From contig NC_087437.1 of NCBI RefSeq assembly GCF_036321535.1, forward strand, positions 46,378,001 to 46,442,000: a DNA stretch of 64,000 nt, written 5' to 3'. The DNA is from Camelus dromedarius. Taxonomy: Eukaryota. This document shows positions 37,359 through 49,999 of the stretch, in pieces; position 1 is the stretch's first letter, and each line of letters starts with the position of its first letter. The notes beneath the pieces are model-generated. The model was given only the letters and a program-made list of their open reading frames with translations. It did not search any database and was not told the origin of the DNA. Position numbers and translations under genes: made by a program.

Positions 37359-40300
37359 TACTGTTAGGACAATAAATCTACCTTATAGATGAGAAAATTG
37401 ACATTTAGGGAGATGAAGCAAAACAGCATCCTTGCCTTCTCCCTATTTTCATTCCTTAGATCCACTCAATCACTTAGTCCAGTGGAGAGTAACCCTTAAA
37501 CATGACTTGAGTCTTTTCATGTTTGCATACTCCTACTGTTTGCTGTAGACCAAACTGCCTTACATTTTCCTCTTGAACAGTTCATTATATGTTCACTTGC
37601 TACTAAGTTTGACCTTTACCCTGACACTGTCTCCAAATATTCTAAAACAAAGATATGATCATATTAATCTTCAGTTTAAAACTTTCAATAAATCCCAGAG
37701 TGCAAGTCAGCAATGCATGGCAGGAAAATCTCCTTTAGATCCTCTGCCTATGGAGTTAGCCTCAGCACTTACACACCCTGTGCTTGCTCTCCTCCTCCAC
37801 CGTGTCTGTAAGCCGTCTTCTGTTTTACAGTTCTCAGTGGGCCAGCTGGCAATGGGATAACAACTCTTAGCAGGACACAGAACATCTCCTTCAACTTGAA
37901 GATGCGTTCATCAGAGTGACTTGAATCTCTATTAGCTAGCATAGTGCCAAGTATTTGGTAGACATTTAGCAAAGTTTTGCTGACTGGGTGGATGATTGAA
38001 AGATGGTTTCCTTTACTTCTGTTCAAAGCCAAGGTTGTAGTATCTCTATTTACTGATGGCAAGGGGCATGATTTACTTTCCCCAGAATTCTTGACATATA
38101 ATGTGATCAAAATGGAAGTTTTATTTAGGGATTTTTTTTCTCTAAATCTTTCCTAATATTCTTTAATCAGTTTATACTTTGTAGGTGTTGATTGGCCATC
38201 TCTTGTAGAAGATGTATCTGTATCTCTCTCAAATAACTTGACTTTTTAGGGTATTTAGTGAATATACTATTAATATTATTAATTTATTAAATCCAGTATA
38301 AGTTATAAAGCTTGCATGAATAAACTGTAGAAAGTCTTTTTTTTTGAGTTTGACAAGTGTTGCTTTTCTTTTCAAGTATGAAACATTTTAATATATGTCT
38401 ATTGTTAGGTTGCAGATGAAGATTCCATTTCACCTGTTATTTGAAGTGTGAAAAGAAAGACACCTTTTTCGTTAGCCTTCCATCTCGTCAGGTTAATATG
38501 GACATTTACCTTTAGCAATGATTACCAAGTTCTCTTTTCTGATGAGCGTTTTAATGGTGTGTTAATATTTTTCCTTTTAGTCTTTTCAGGAAAGAGGCTT
38601 ATCAGTTTCTTAATTGAACTCCAATGTGCTTGAAAAATAGGAGTAATAAACACATGCTAATTAATGCCTGTTTATATCAAACAAAAATCTTTTGAGTTGA
38701 ACAAATTTTTGGCCCACATACTGCCCATATAATTTGTTCTATTTTTTTTTTTTTTGATCAAAAGCATGAAAAGTTTGCATCTGCAAATTATAATTGAGGA
38801 GTGACTTTTCCTTACTGATCTTATACCTTTGATTTTACTTTACCATTTGTTTGGCATTGATATGCCTTTCATAAGCACTTTTGTTTTCACCTCCAAAACA
38901 TTGGCCAGTTATGCTTGAATGTTCCTCTTTTGATTGTACTGTTAAAACTAATGGAGGTGAGAGTGGCAAGGAAGAAGGAGGAGGGAGGTACCCTTGGAGG
39001 GTTAACTTGGAGGGTGTTACCCAACCAGCTGAGTTGATTGCTTAGGCACTGTTACAGTTGTGCACATCAGCCTGAGCCCTCTTGATTCCTGAGTGATGAG
39101 GCTCTTGGACTGGGATGGTGATGTGAATGATAGATGCTAGCAAATCTGGGTGTGGAGCCTACACCTGATGCAGATGGTGTGTTGTATGGTGTAGCCTGGA
39201 TTGTTATAATAGAATCCAAGGATCAAGAAGTGTGTCTCAGTTGTCTTGATGAGTAACAGCACAAATGCCAACTGCTAGTCCTACTGGTGCCCTGCTGGCT
39301 CCTGAGCTAATTCTGACAGAGCAGAGCAAAGAAGTATTTTGTTACAGCCACCTCCCCTGCTCCACCTCCAGCCCAGATTGCGGGCTCAGATTAAGTGCTT
39401 TCCGTAATCGAGGTCTGCTGACTTAGCTGTGGCTGAGCTATGACCCTGATCATTTTTGGTGCCTCCTGCACAACCTCTAACCTGCTCACCACCTGCACCA
39501 GGCACTGAAGCACAGCCCGCAAGTCACAGCACTTCCTGTTATGCCCTCTTCCACATCATACCCATCTGGTTGGCCCGGGGTTGTCTATCTGCCCACGTTT
39601 GCACTGCTGAATCCTAATTTACTGACTGACTTCAAACTAAGCCCAAACAATATTGTATTCTACAGCATGCCGTTCACCTCAGATATGCACTGGGGGCCTA
39701 ACGTACACACACCCACAAGGATGGTGGCTGCTGCCAGGGTCTCTCACCGTTGTGCCTTTCAAACAGCCCGATGCCCAAATACTGAGACTTGTCTGTTTGG
39801 ATCTTCTTATCTGCCCCAGAGCTTGTTGCTGCAATTGAGTCGGTTATGCTGGGCCCTGCTTTATGTAATTAGATGTCTCTGCCAGCTCCTCCTAGCTTCC
39901 ATCCTCCCATATTCCTAAACATTCATCATGACTCCTGCCCAAGTTCGCCTAAATTCTGGGGCTTCTAAAACCCTACTAGTCTGCTTGGTTTGTCCATTGA
40001 TTTGTAGGTGACAAATATATGTCAAATAGATTTGTTCCCAGAGGGCAGAAAATAATGTCCTAGAAGTAAAGAAATCTTTGGGAGCCTTAGGCAGGAATGA
40101 AGGTTTCAGTAGCCCATGAGCTTTCTAATCTTATTTTTAATGTACAGGCTTTTCCTACCTGTCATAGGCTGGCTGCCATCAAAAGCCTTGTTGTTATTAC
40201 ATGTCAGAGCTTTAAACACTCAAGGTTAGCAGCAGGAGTAGAGTCAGAGTCCAAACTGATAAATTAAGCACAGGCCCCTTGGATGTGAGAAAGAGGCAGA

Positions 40301-40704
40301 GCGTGAAGTATCATGCGCTGCCTGAAAAGCCCAGGTCTGAATGGGTATAGAGACGGTCTGGGAAGCAATGATGTGTGCCTGTGTGTGATGGGCCCTGTGA
40401 GTGACACTCAGCAGGAGGATGCCAAGGCAACTGGGTTGCGGCACTGTGCTGAGGGGAATAAGACCTGAGGTGCGTTCAAGAGATGTCATGACTTAAATTC
40501 CTGGCAAAGATGCAAGCACATCACTGTAAGGTAGAAGTGATATGGAAGTTTCAGGAGAAAACTAAAGATCAGAGAATACCTTTGATTACTGGAAGATGCT
40601 TTAGTTTGATTTTTTCTTTTCTTTTTTTTTTTTTTTTTGCCATCAAATTATTGTATCATGCCAACAGATGGAATTAAGAAAGTGAAGTTGTTTTTTCTAG
40701 TTTA

Positions 40705-40850
40705 GATTTTCTGAAAGTGAATTCTAAGAATTACCTACATCAGTATCTCCTGGGTACTTGTAAAAATGCAGATTTCTGTGCCCCACCTGGGGCCTATTGA
40801 ACATCAAGAGTGGCATCAATGAGTCTGTCCTGATCAACTCTGAAATATGA
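40705..40850. mobile_element. MER5-family fragment
   Basis: catcagtatctcctgggtacttgtaaaaatgcagatttctgtgccccacc. Confidence 0.65.
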
Positions 40851-40874
40851 GGATAGATTTTTTTTTATGGCTAA

Positions 40875-41095
40875 TAAGAACTAGTATTTACTGAATATTC
40901 TTACATTCCAGGCATTGTTGAGCAGTTTCTGAGAGTGAGGCTCATTTAATCTTTCCACTGTCCATTGCAGGTGTGCTCTTGGGGTTACCCATTTTACAGA
41001 TAAGGAAACTGAGGCCCAGAGAGATGAAACAAGATGACTGGTGTCTGTCACACAGCTGCAAAGCAGCAGAGCTGAGATTGGAGCCCCTGCTCTCA
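40875..41095 (-). mobile_element. MIR SINE
   Basis: cccattttacagataaggaaactgaggcccagagag...gtcacacagctg...gcagagctgagattggagccc. Confidence 0.9.
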
Positions 41096-41156
41096 GTGGG
41101 GATAGATTTTTGAGGGATATTTAATTTTGTTCCCCAGGGCAAGCTTCTGAGAACCT

Positions 41157-41162
41157 TGTATG

Positions 41163-41210
<48 letters not shown>

Positions 41211-41396
41211 CATATAATCCATATATACATATAATACATTATATGTATATATATATATATACATATAATCCACATATATATATATATATATACACACACA
41301 TACACACACACACACACATATATATATATGGAATGTATATAGAATGTATATTCCATATATATATATGGAATCATGTAGAATGTTATATATATATAA
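41157..41396. repeat. Complex (TA)n/(CA)n tract with internal palindromes
   Basis: Directly visible; includes the perfect 22-bp palindrome attccatatatatatatggaat at 41350-41371. Confidence 0.9.
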
Positions 41397-41949
41397 CATG
41401 TAGAATGGGCCCTGTTTAGAACAAGAAGCCAATGACAAAGTTTTAAAACATTTTGGAGTGTGGGGAAATGCTTGTACTCTATGAATATACTTCTGGACTT
41501 CTGGGATTAGAAGAAGGGCAAGCCGTAAGTCTACTGTGAGGAGGGCATGAGCAAACAGGTAGGCAGGGTGGATGATAGAATAAGAACCACTGGGAGCATC
41601 CTGGGGTACCAAAGAGGCTCAGAAGGGCTAAGGAATTGGAGAGACAGCCAAACTGACATTTATCCTTTAGATTTCTATTGTTAGGGCTTATAAGTGATGA
41701 CCCCTAAAACAACTTGCCTAGGGTTAAATTTATAACTAACCACTTTGGGATTGTTTGAGGGTTGTATCAAGCTATCTTCCACCAGAAATTATTATCTATG
41801 AATATGCTCATTGAAGAATTCAAATTCATTAGCATTTGAGGCTTAGAAAGAGAATAGAACCACATAGGTGGGATCCAGGGTCCTATGAAAACAGGGTTAT
41901 GGATCCAATGGATGATAGAAAGGAGTTTCATGTGGCTGATGAGTCATTA

Positions 41950-42142
41950 TCTAGATACGCATGGTAGTCGCTAGCTATTAGTGGCAGTTTAAACTTATTG
42001 AGATTAAGTAATATTAAAAATTCAGTTTATAAAGTCACACTAGCACATTTGAAGTGCTCAGTAGTCATGTGTGGCTGTCACATGGGATGGTGCGGATACA
42101 GAACATTTCCATCATTGCAGACAATTCTATTGGACAGTACTA
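41950..42142. mobile_element. MER3-like hAT-Charlie MITE
   Basis: aaattcagttt...gtcacactagcacatttgaagtgctcagtagtcatgtgtggct...gaacatttccatcattgcagacaattctattggacag. Confidence 0.85.
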
Positions 42143-42936
42143 ATCTAGAAGAATTAGCTTTGGTGGGGATGGGAAACAGGGATGTTTTTAATCTACTGAA
42201 AGACACTGGCTAGTACAGGGTGAGGGATGTGGGCCAGGGAAACAAAGGTACCTTCAAAAGTCTAATTCTGAGTGTACCAGGTTTGGCTACTTTCAGCCTA
42301 GAAAGCTTAGGCATCTCTGTAGAGTCATTCCAGTTTGTATCTGGGCCAATACCCAAGATGAGTTTCTGATGCTGTTTGAATCTACTGAGTATCTGCTTCC
42401 TTGTTTGGAAAGGGTTATGTAGAGGGTAAAATGACATAGTAGCCCCCTGAGGAATGTGCCTGTTAATGTAACAGGTTGCTTGCCCTGTTAAGTTACTAAT
42501 CAGGAACTAAACGGCTTTTCATATTTTGGTTAGGAAAGCTAAGTCCCTCTGGAGTTCCATGTAAATGCTAATCCATCCAAAGAACGCAGACTTGGGAGGG
42601 GTAGGAAAGAAGCCAGGTGCTTACTTCATTCAAGCAACCTAGAAAATGCAGGTTCTGAGACTCTGAGTTGGGCTTGTCAGCCAAACCCACCAAAATCCAA
42701 GGAAAGAAAGAATCCCAGGGAAGTTGGACCAGCTAGAATTCTCCTCAGTGATCATGAGTATATGGAAGGAAGAGCAGAAGAAATGCAAGGGTGAGCCAGA
42801 TATTTTTAGGAAAAATACCTCTTTGTTTTTGTTCAGAGTCTCCTTTCTCACCAGGACTCTGGCACGAGTATGTCTGAAAGGGGCTGGGCAGGGGGAGGGG
42901 TGTAGCACTGGAGAGTCAAAGCCAGTCTTTCCCCAG

Positions 42937-43430
42937 TGTGAACGAAAATACTGCAATGTGAATGAAAATACTGCAACCGTATCAGTAGACAAAGAAGGCT
43001 GAAACCAAGTCATCAGCGGCTGCTGCCACCCCCCAGTGAGGACAGGCCTGCAGCCCAGCCTCTGCAACCACTCACAATGGTGCACTCTGAGTGGACTCAG
43101 AATAAGAAAGGACAGGATACTGGCCCTAGATAGTTAGGTGCTTGTCAAAGGAATGAATTCAGTGAGCCCAAATGTTTGCTTCCTCCCATACATAGAAAAG
43201 CACTCAATTCTTTAACTTAAGATGCCTGGTTTTCTTTAGATAACAAGCAATCTTTTATTGTTCCAACTACCTGGTCTTTGTTGTAAAGCTCCTATATATC
43301 CTAGCTCCTCCCCTACCTCTTCGGAGCAGTCCCTCAGAGCGACCTGAGAGGCTGTCATCCCGGCTTGAGTCCTCCCACCAAATAAAACATAACTCTTAAC
43401 TTTTAGGCTGCGCATTTATTTCAGTCAACA
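42937..43430 (+). mobile_element. ERV1 (gamma-type) solo LTR
   Basis: TG...CA termini with imperfect terminal inverted repeat (tgtgaacgaaaata / tatttcagtcaaca), 4-bp TSD CCAG (42933-42936, 43431-43434), TATA-like 43293-43298, AATAAA 43381-43386. Confidence 0.88.
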
Positions 43431-43609
43431 CCAGATAACTGAGGCCTTTTCTTCCCAGGCCAAGGTTGTCTGACAGTCTTGTTCTGTATGAGTTCTTTCC
43501 CAGGAGACTCTTCAGTTCCTGAAGCCATCTCTCCTGGCAGACCCACCCTCCCAGGCAGCCAGACATGGCTAAATATCAGTAAGCAGACAACGCAGCTGGG
43601 ACTCCCGCT

Positions 43610-43830
43610 GTGACAAGATTCTTTAGCAGTCTATCATGTGTCTGGAACTGTCAGGGGGTATTATTTAGTTGATTACTCAGAATGAACCTATTGTAATCTC
43701 CATTCTACCAAGAACCAAATCAAGGTTCTCAGAAGCCAGATAACTTGCTTGAAGTCCCTAAACTGTACTGGTGGGTAGGGATTTGAACCCAGGTATATTT
43801 GATATCAAAGCCCACTTGCATTTTTATTAC
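43610..43830 (-). mobile_element. MIR SINE
   Basis: taacttgcttgaagtc...gggatttgaacccagg...tcaaagccca. Confidence 0.7.
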
Positions 43831-43940
43831 TAAACTACATTGTCAGTTGGACCTAGTATTTAGTCCTTGAACTTTGAGACCTAACTCTTCCCACTGTAAG
43901 ATTTTGTCCTTGCAGAAAGGAGGAATTGGGACTGGCAAGA

Positions 43941-44352
43941 TATGATGATTAATTTGCATGTCAAGTTGACTGGGTCATGGGGTACTCAGATATTTTGTTA
44001 AACACTATTCTGAGTGTTTCTGCCAGAGTGTTTTTGGATGAGATTAACATTTTAATTAGTAGATTAAAGCAGATTGTTCTCTATAATGTGGTGGGCTTCT
44101 TCTCATCAGTTGAAGGGCTGAATAGAACAAAATAAATGGCCTCCCTGAGCAAGAGGAAATTCTCCAGAAGACTGCCTTCAGACTTCATCTATAACATCAG
44201 CTCTCTGGGTCTCCAGCCTGCTGGCCCACATTGCAGATTTGGACTTGCCAGCCTCTATAGTCACATGAACCAATTACTTATGATAAATCTCTCTCTATAT
44301 AAATATGTATAGCCTATTGGTTCTCTATCTCTAAAGAACCTTGACTAATACA
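43941..44352 (+). mobile_element. MLT2 (ERVL) solo LTR
   Basis: atgattaatttgcatgtcaagttgactggg...tggatgagattaacattt...cctattggttctctatctctaaagaaccttgactaataca; 5-bp TSD caaga/caagg. Confidence 0.9.
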
Positions 44353-44837
44353 CAAGGGACAGAGGGAGAGTGAGGCTCTCATTTTGAACAAGATTCAGGA
44401 GGCTGGGTCTTGATGGGCACCCCACCTTAGTTTTAGTTACTATAAATACTCCTCAAAAGACTTACAATTAAAATTTTAGACATTTAGAAATTGAAACTTA
44501 GAAATTAAAAGCAATGAGAGGAAATAATTTCAACTGGGAACCTGGCATGAATCTCTTTTGCCTAGGTATCTATCTTTTTCCATATGGGTGATTCAGAATT
44601 TTATGAGGCTAACCTAGATTTATACAGATAAAATTTGTAGTGATCCTACAAACCAAAGAATAGTCTTATTTGTGTGCAAGGTATAAAAGTTCAGTAAAAA
44701 TTCAACAGATGAGAGAGCAGCTGGAGCAGATTTGGCAAAATCATCCAGTGTGTACATGGGTCAACACAATGCCAAGTCTGAACCGGGCCTCTAGTGAGAG
44801 CAGCAAGCGAAGCTTTCACAGCCTCTCCTTTCTAGTA

Positions 44838-45243
44838 CAGTCAACCCTTGAACAGCACAGGTTTGAACTGTGGGTCCACTTACACGCAGGTGTTTTTCAA
44901 GAGTAATAAATTAGGAGTTTGGGATTAGCAGATACAAACTACTGTACTCGAAATAGGTAAACAATAAGGGCCTACTATACAGCACAGGAAACTATAATCA
45001 AATGCTTGCAATAACCTACAATGAAAAAGAATATGAAAAAGAACAGGTATATATGTATAACTGAATTTTTTTTTAAAAGTAAATACTCAGTACTACACGG
45101 CCCACAGTTGGTTGAATTCCTGGGTACAGAACCATGGACCTGGACCTGCATTTATGGAGGGCTGAGTGTAAGTTACACTTGGACTTTTGACTGTGAGGCG
45201 GGTTGGCTCCCCTAACTCACACCAGTGTTCACGGGTCGGCTGT
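44838..45243. mobile_element. MER8/Tigger2-like MITE interrupted by an L1 fragment
   Basis: TIRs cagtcaacccttgaaca ... tgttcacgggtcggctg; internal gtttgaactgtgggtccacttacacg and ggttgaattcc...ggagggctga. Confidence 0.8.
44907..45065 (+). mobile_element. Cetartiodactyl-type L1 3' UTR internal fragment lacking a poly(A) tail
   Basis: taaattaggagtttgggattagcagatacaaacta...ctactatacagcacaggaaactat...atatgtataactgaa. Confidence 0.85.
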
Positions 45244-45739
45244 GGTTTGCCTCTGCTTGTGGTGTTGTCTGGGATCATCGGAGTGGGTGATTTACATCTT
45301 TCTGTCTCTTTGTGGCTGACCCACTCGAAGCAGTGACCTAGCTAAATGAATTTCTTTAATCATCTTCTAGGTTAACCAGTGTGGATTTAAGTCACCTTTA
45401 TAAAACAACAGCAACAACATAGATGGAAACTATTAAAGATTTTGAAGAGGAATAAAAAAAGAAAGGCTCACTTTAAATACATTATGAAATGAAGAAAAAA
45501 TTGTAAATTTCCATGTTTGGTGCAATACATTTTTTCCAATAGAAATTTAGTTATAAATGGTATCAAGAATATCAATCTGAGAAGCTTAAATAAGTTTTTG
45601 TTAAACCAGAGTGCATTTTCACATGCAATTTAGTGCATACTTTTAGAACATAATCCTTATATTAAATTGAGAAGAGTTTATATAAAGACCTGGATTGTAT
45701 CTATAACTGAGAGAGATCTTTGATACAAACCTCCTTATT

Positions 45740-46360
45740 AAGCCCCGCATCCAGTCCATCAGCAAGCCCTGTTGCTTCTTTCCTTAAGTTCACTGACCTG
45801 TCTCTGTTTCCACTGCAACCACGTAGTCCAGCTACCGTTATCCTTCCAGTTATGTAATAATCTCCTAACATGTGACTTGGTTTCCATGCTACCCCTCTTC
45901 AGTTGCCTGCTTAGTAGCATGAGTGATTGTATAGAAACATGGATTGGATTAAATTCCAATCTTCTTCTCACAGCCCCAGCCTACCAGATCCCTTCTCTGG
46001 CCCCTCCCCTCCTTCTTAACTATCCTCCAGCCTTCTTCACTCCTCAGGCCTTTAAACTCTATTCCCTCCACCACAGTGCCTCACACACAATACACATATT
46101 CTTGCTCCCTTTCTCTCTGGGTGATGGGCGAGCTCCTTATCTTTCAGATCTTGGCTTAGATGTCACTTCCTTAGAGAAGTCTTCCCTGAGTATTCAATCT
46201 AAAAAAGTTTTCCATCTATTCTCTATCACATGCCATGTTTATTTCCTTCATAGCACTCAGCACACTTTGTACTTATTAAATTAAATTGTTTATTCACTTG
46301 TCTGTTTGTGCACGTATACTCTTAGTTCCTGATTACAAGACCGTGCTGCCTTGTTTAGTA
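45740..46360 (+). mobile_element. L2 LINE, continuing at 47176-47230 after the MER44 insertion
   Basis: catccagtccatcagcaagccctg...tcagatcttggcttagatgtcacttccttagagaagtcttccctga...ttccttcatagcact. Confidence 0.8.
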
Positions 46361-47173
46361 CAATAGTCTTATCTGTGGTTTCGCTTTCTGTGGTTTCAGT
46401 TACCCATGATCAACCGAGAATTGAAAATATTCAATGGAAAATTTCAGAAATAAGCAATGCGTAAGTTTTAAATTGTATGCTGTTCTGAATAGCTCTCAAG
46501 CCACCCACTCTGTCCTGCCTGCAATGTGAATTATTCCTTTGTCCAATGTATCCCACATGTTAGTCATTTCCTTGGTTATCATATTGACTGTCGTATTACG
46601 GTGCTTATGTTCAAGTAACTATTATTTTACTTAAGGATGGCCCCAAAGTGCAAGAGTAGTGATGCTGGCAATTCAGAGATGCTGAGGAGAAGCTATAGTG
46701 CTTCCTTTAAGTGAAAAGATGCAACTTCTTGGCTTAGTAAGGGAAGAAAACCAATTGTGTGCTCAGGCTAAGATCTACAGTATGAATGAATCCTCCATCT
46801 GTGAAATTGTGAAGAAGGAAAAAGACATTTGTGCTAGCTTTGCTGTTGCAACTGAAACTGCAAAAGTTATGGCCATGGTGTGTAAGTGCTTACTTAAGAT
46901 GAAAAAGGCATTAAATTTGAACAAGAAGATATTTTGAGAGAGAGAGACCATTCACGTAACTTTTTTACAGGACATTGTTAGGATTTTCTATTTTATTCGT
47001 AATTGTTACTAATTTCTTACTGTGTCTAATTTTTAAATTAAACTTTACTATAGGTGTGTACATATAGGAAGAAAACAGTATATATATAGGGTTTTTTTTT
47101 TTTACTATCTGTGGTTTCAGTCCTCTACTGTGGGTTTTGGACTGTATCCTCTGCAGATAAGGGGGGACTACAA
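46361..47173 (+). mobile_element. MER44 (Tigger7-derived) non-autonomous DNA transposon retaining a transposase N-terminal remnant
   Basis: TA TSDs; TIR-like ends caatagtc(-)ttatctgtgg / ctgcagataaggggggactacaa; ORF 46698-46937 (LPLSEK...AKIYSMNESSICEIVKKEKDI) resembles a pogo/CENP-B-type DNA-binding domain. Confidence 0.9.
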
Positions 47174-47527
47174 TACTATAGACTTGGTGTCTGGAACATA
47201 GTTGGTGCCCAGTAATTATTTGTTAATGGAAAATTTACAACATAGATAAATGAGGAAGCAGTTAGTTGTTTTTAATAAAGAACTTACTGGAGTTTTTTTT
47301 TTTTTTTTTTTAATGATAACCACGCTTTGGTTTATTTAACATACTTTATCACGTAAATATAATTCATACAAAAATGTTGAGTCTATCTGTGATACAAAGT
47401 AAAGCGCATCTGAAATTATTTTGTACTATGTTGAATTCTGACTTCTCTTTATTTGAAATGCTTATATACTTACTATACTTTTCCTGATTTAAAAAGAAAA
47501 AAAATCCATTTAAAAAAATCAAAAACA

Positions 47528-48695
47528 TTTTTTAACTTATGTTACTGAAGTATAGTCAGTTACAATGTGTCAATTTCTGTTGTACAGCACAGTGTCCATT
47601 CATGCATATACATACATACATTTATTTTCATATTCTTTTTTATTAAAGGTTATTACGACATATTGAACATAATTCTCTGTGCTATACAGAAGAAACTTTT
47701 TTAAAAATCTATTTTTATATCTAGTGGCTAACATTTGTAAATCTCAAACTCCCAAATTTATCCCTTCCCACCCTCTATCCCTAGTACTATAGATTGTTTA
47801 CTAAGTCTGCGAGTTTGTTTTTTTTTGTTGTTGTTGTAGATGAGTTCATAGTGTCCTTTTTTTTTTTCTTTTTTAGATTCCACATATGAGTGATATCATA
47901 TGGTATTTTTCTTTCCCTTTCTGGCTTACTTCACTTAGAATGATGATCTCTACGTCCATCCATGTTGCTGCAAATGGCACTATTTTGTTCTTTTTTATGT
48001 CTGAGTAGTATTCCATTGTATAAATATACCACAACTTCTTTATTCAGTTATCTGTCGATGGACATTTAGGTTGTTTCCATGTCTTGGCTATTGTATATAG
48101 TGCTGCTATGAACATTGAGGTGCATGTGTCTTTTTGAATTAACGTTCCCTCTGGATATATGCCCAGGAGTGGGATTGCTGGATCATATGGTGAATCTATT
48201 TTTAGTCTTTTGAGGAATCTCCATACTGTTTTCCATAATGGCTGCACCAAACTGCATTCCCACCAGCAGTGTAGGAGGGTTCCCTTTTCTTTATACTCTC
48301 TCCAGCATTTATCGTTCATGCACTTTTGAATGATGGCCATTCTGACTGGTGTGAGGTGATACCTCATTGTAGTTTTGATTTTCATTTCTCTTCTCTGATA
48401 ATTAGTGGTATTGAGTATTTTTTCATGTGCCTGTTGGCCATTTGTATGTCTTCATTGGAGAATTGCTTGTTTAGGTCCTGTGCCCATTTTTGGATTGGGC
48501 TGTTTATTTTTTTGTTATTAAGTTGTATGAGCTGTTTATATATTCTAGAAATTAAGCCTTAATCAGTTGCATCATTTTCAAATATTTTCTCCCATTCTGT
48601 AGATTGTCATTTTGTTTTGCTTATAGTTTCCTTTATGTGCAAAACTTACAAGTTTTATTAGGTCCCATTTGTTCATTTTTGCTCTTATATCTATC
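47528..48695 (-). mobile_element. Young lineage-specific L1 (camelid-like), ORF2 C-terminus plus 3' UTR
   Basis: Minus ORF 48044-48385 ([16 protein letters not shown]...[20 protein letters not shown]...[13 protein letters not shown]...WKQPKCPS) is the L1 ORF2 C-terminal cysteine-rich region. Confidence 0.95.
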
Positions 48696-49999
48696 ATTTT
48701 CCTTCCTTCTTTCCTTCCATCCATCCAACTGTATCCAAGGTGCCCTATAACTTATTTACACATAGGGATACCTCTATTATATTATATAGATGTTTAAGAA
48801 AGTTTCTTGAGCATTGAAATTTTCTAAGTCAAATTATATTTCTTATAATTTGTATTATGTTATACTTTATCTTACTTTCTGACTGATTTTTTATTGGACA
48901 CGATTTCTAATTACTGTCCTGTATCCCAATCAAATCTATAAATATATATTTATACTTAGATGCACTAGAGGAAATGCTATTTAAAACAACTCAGGATTAT
49001 TTTGCTAATAAAAAATTATTAGGCAATAAGAATAGTTTCCATCTCTTGCATCTATTGATATTTGGCTATACTTAAATTTTCTTGTACCATCTTGTGTTTT
49101 CTAAAGGTAGATCATAGTTCTTGTTTCTCTGTAGAATTTTACAGCACAGATGAAAAATGTAGGTTGAGATGGAACAACGAACAAAATGATTTTGAGAGTT
49201 GTGTTCTCTATTATACAGTCTTAAAACAAAAAAAAAGCTCCTGTATATGTTTAAATCCTCATCTTGGGGACTTGTTTGAAGTCTAATTCTCAGGCTAGTC
49301 TCAGGATACACTGGCTCCTGTTGGGTGTCGAACTGGCACAGAGTCTCTATGCATTACTTATGCCTTCCTTGGGGTCTGAACTGAAGGCCTCATGGATTTA
49401 GAGATGGATTAACGCTGGCCTTTGGGGTATTACAGATGGAACACCGTGGAACTATATTTCAAATAAACACAGTGCGTGTATTTCATTTGCCTTCTTTTCA
49501 GTGGTTCATGAAGGTGAAAAGGAAAAATATTTTGCTGCGTCTATTGAAATTAAATTACGGAAATTATATGATCATGATTTAAAAGATTTATTTTCACACA
49601 TTTACATACTAGATGCCTCATAATCAACTTGATTAATTTTAATTCTTTGGGCTAAAATGTTTTAATGTGTTTCTTGCCCAAATCTGTTACTCACTGAAAG
49701 GCAGACAGGGTACCAGCTAATTGTGTTTCTTTACAGGTTTGACTGATCTATTTAAATGAGCTGTAGGCCTATTTATTTTGTTAGCCTAAGTATTCAAATC
49801 TTATTAAAATTTGGACAGTGTCAAGTTAGCAATGAGAAAAGGAATTTTGAAGATTACACCTGTCATATTTTAGGGAGCAGTTTAAAAATGTGAAGTAGAA
49901 TAACCTCTAAACTGTCTACATAGAACAACTGGAGAATTAGCTCAATTTAAAATATACCATGAATCAATTAGGAAAGAACAGTTGAAATACATGCACAAG

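Noticed and set aside
41328..41355. tggaatgta resembling the miR-1/206 5' end
   Set aside because: Embedded in a TA microsatellite; the remainder does not match
41093..41612. Y/I-rich ORFs up to 163 aa
   Set aside because: Translations of (TA)n/(CA)n repeats
45772..46284. 170-aa Leu/Ser-rich ORF
   Set aside because: Lies within a pyrimidine-rich degraded L2; starts at TTG; low-complexity composition
48044..48385. L1 ORF2 peptide as a functional CDS
   Set aside because: 5'-truncated retrotransposon remnant with a premature stop and an upstream frameshift
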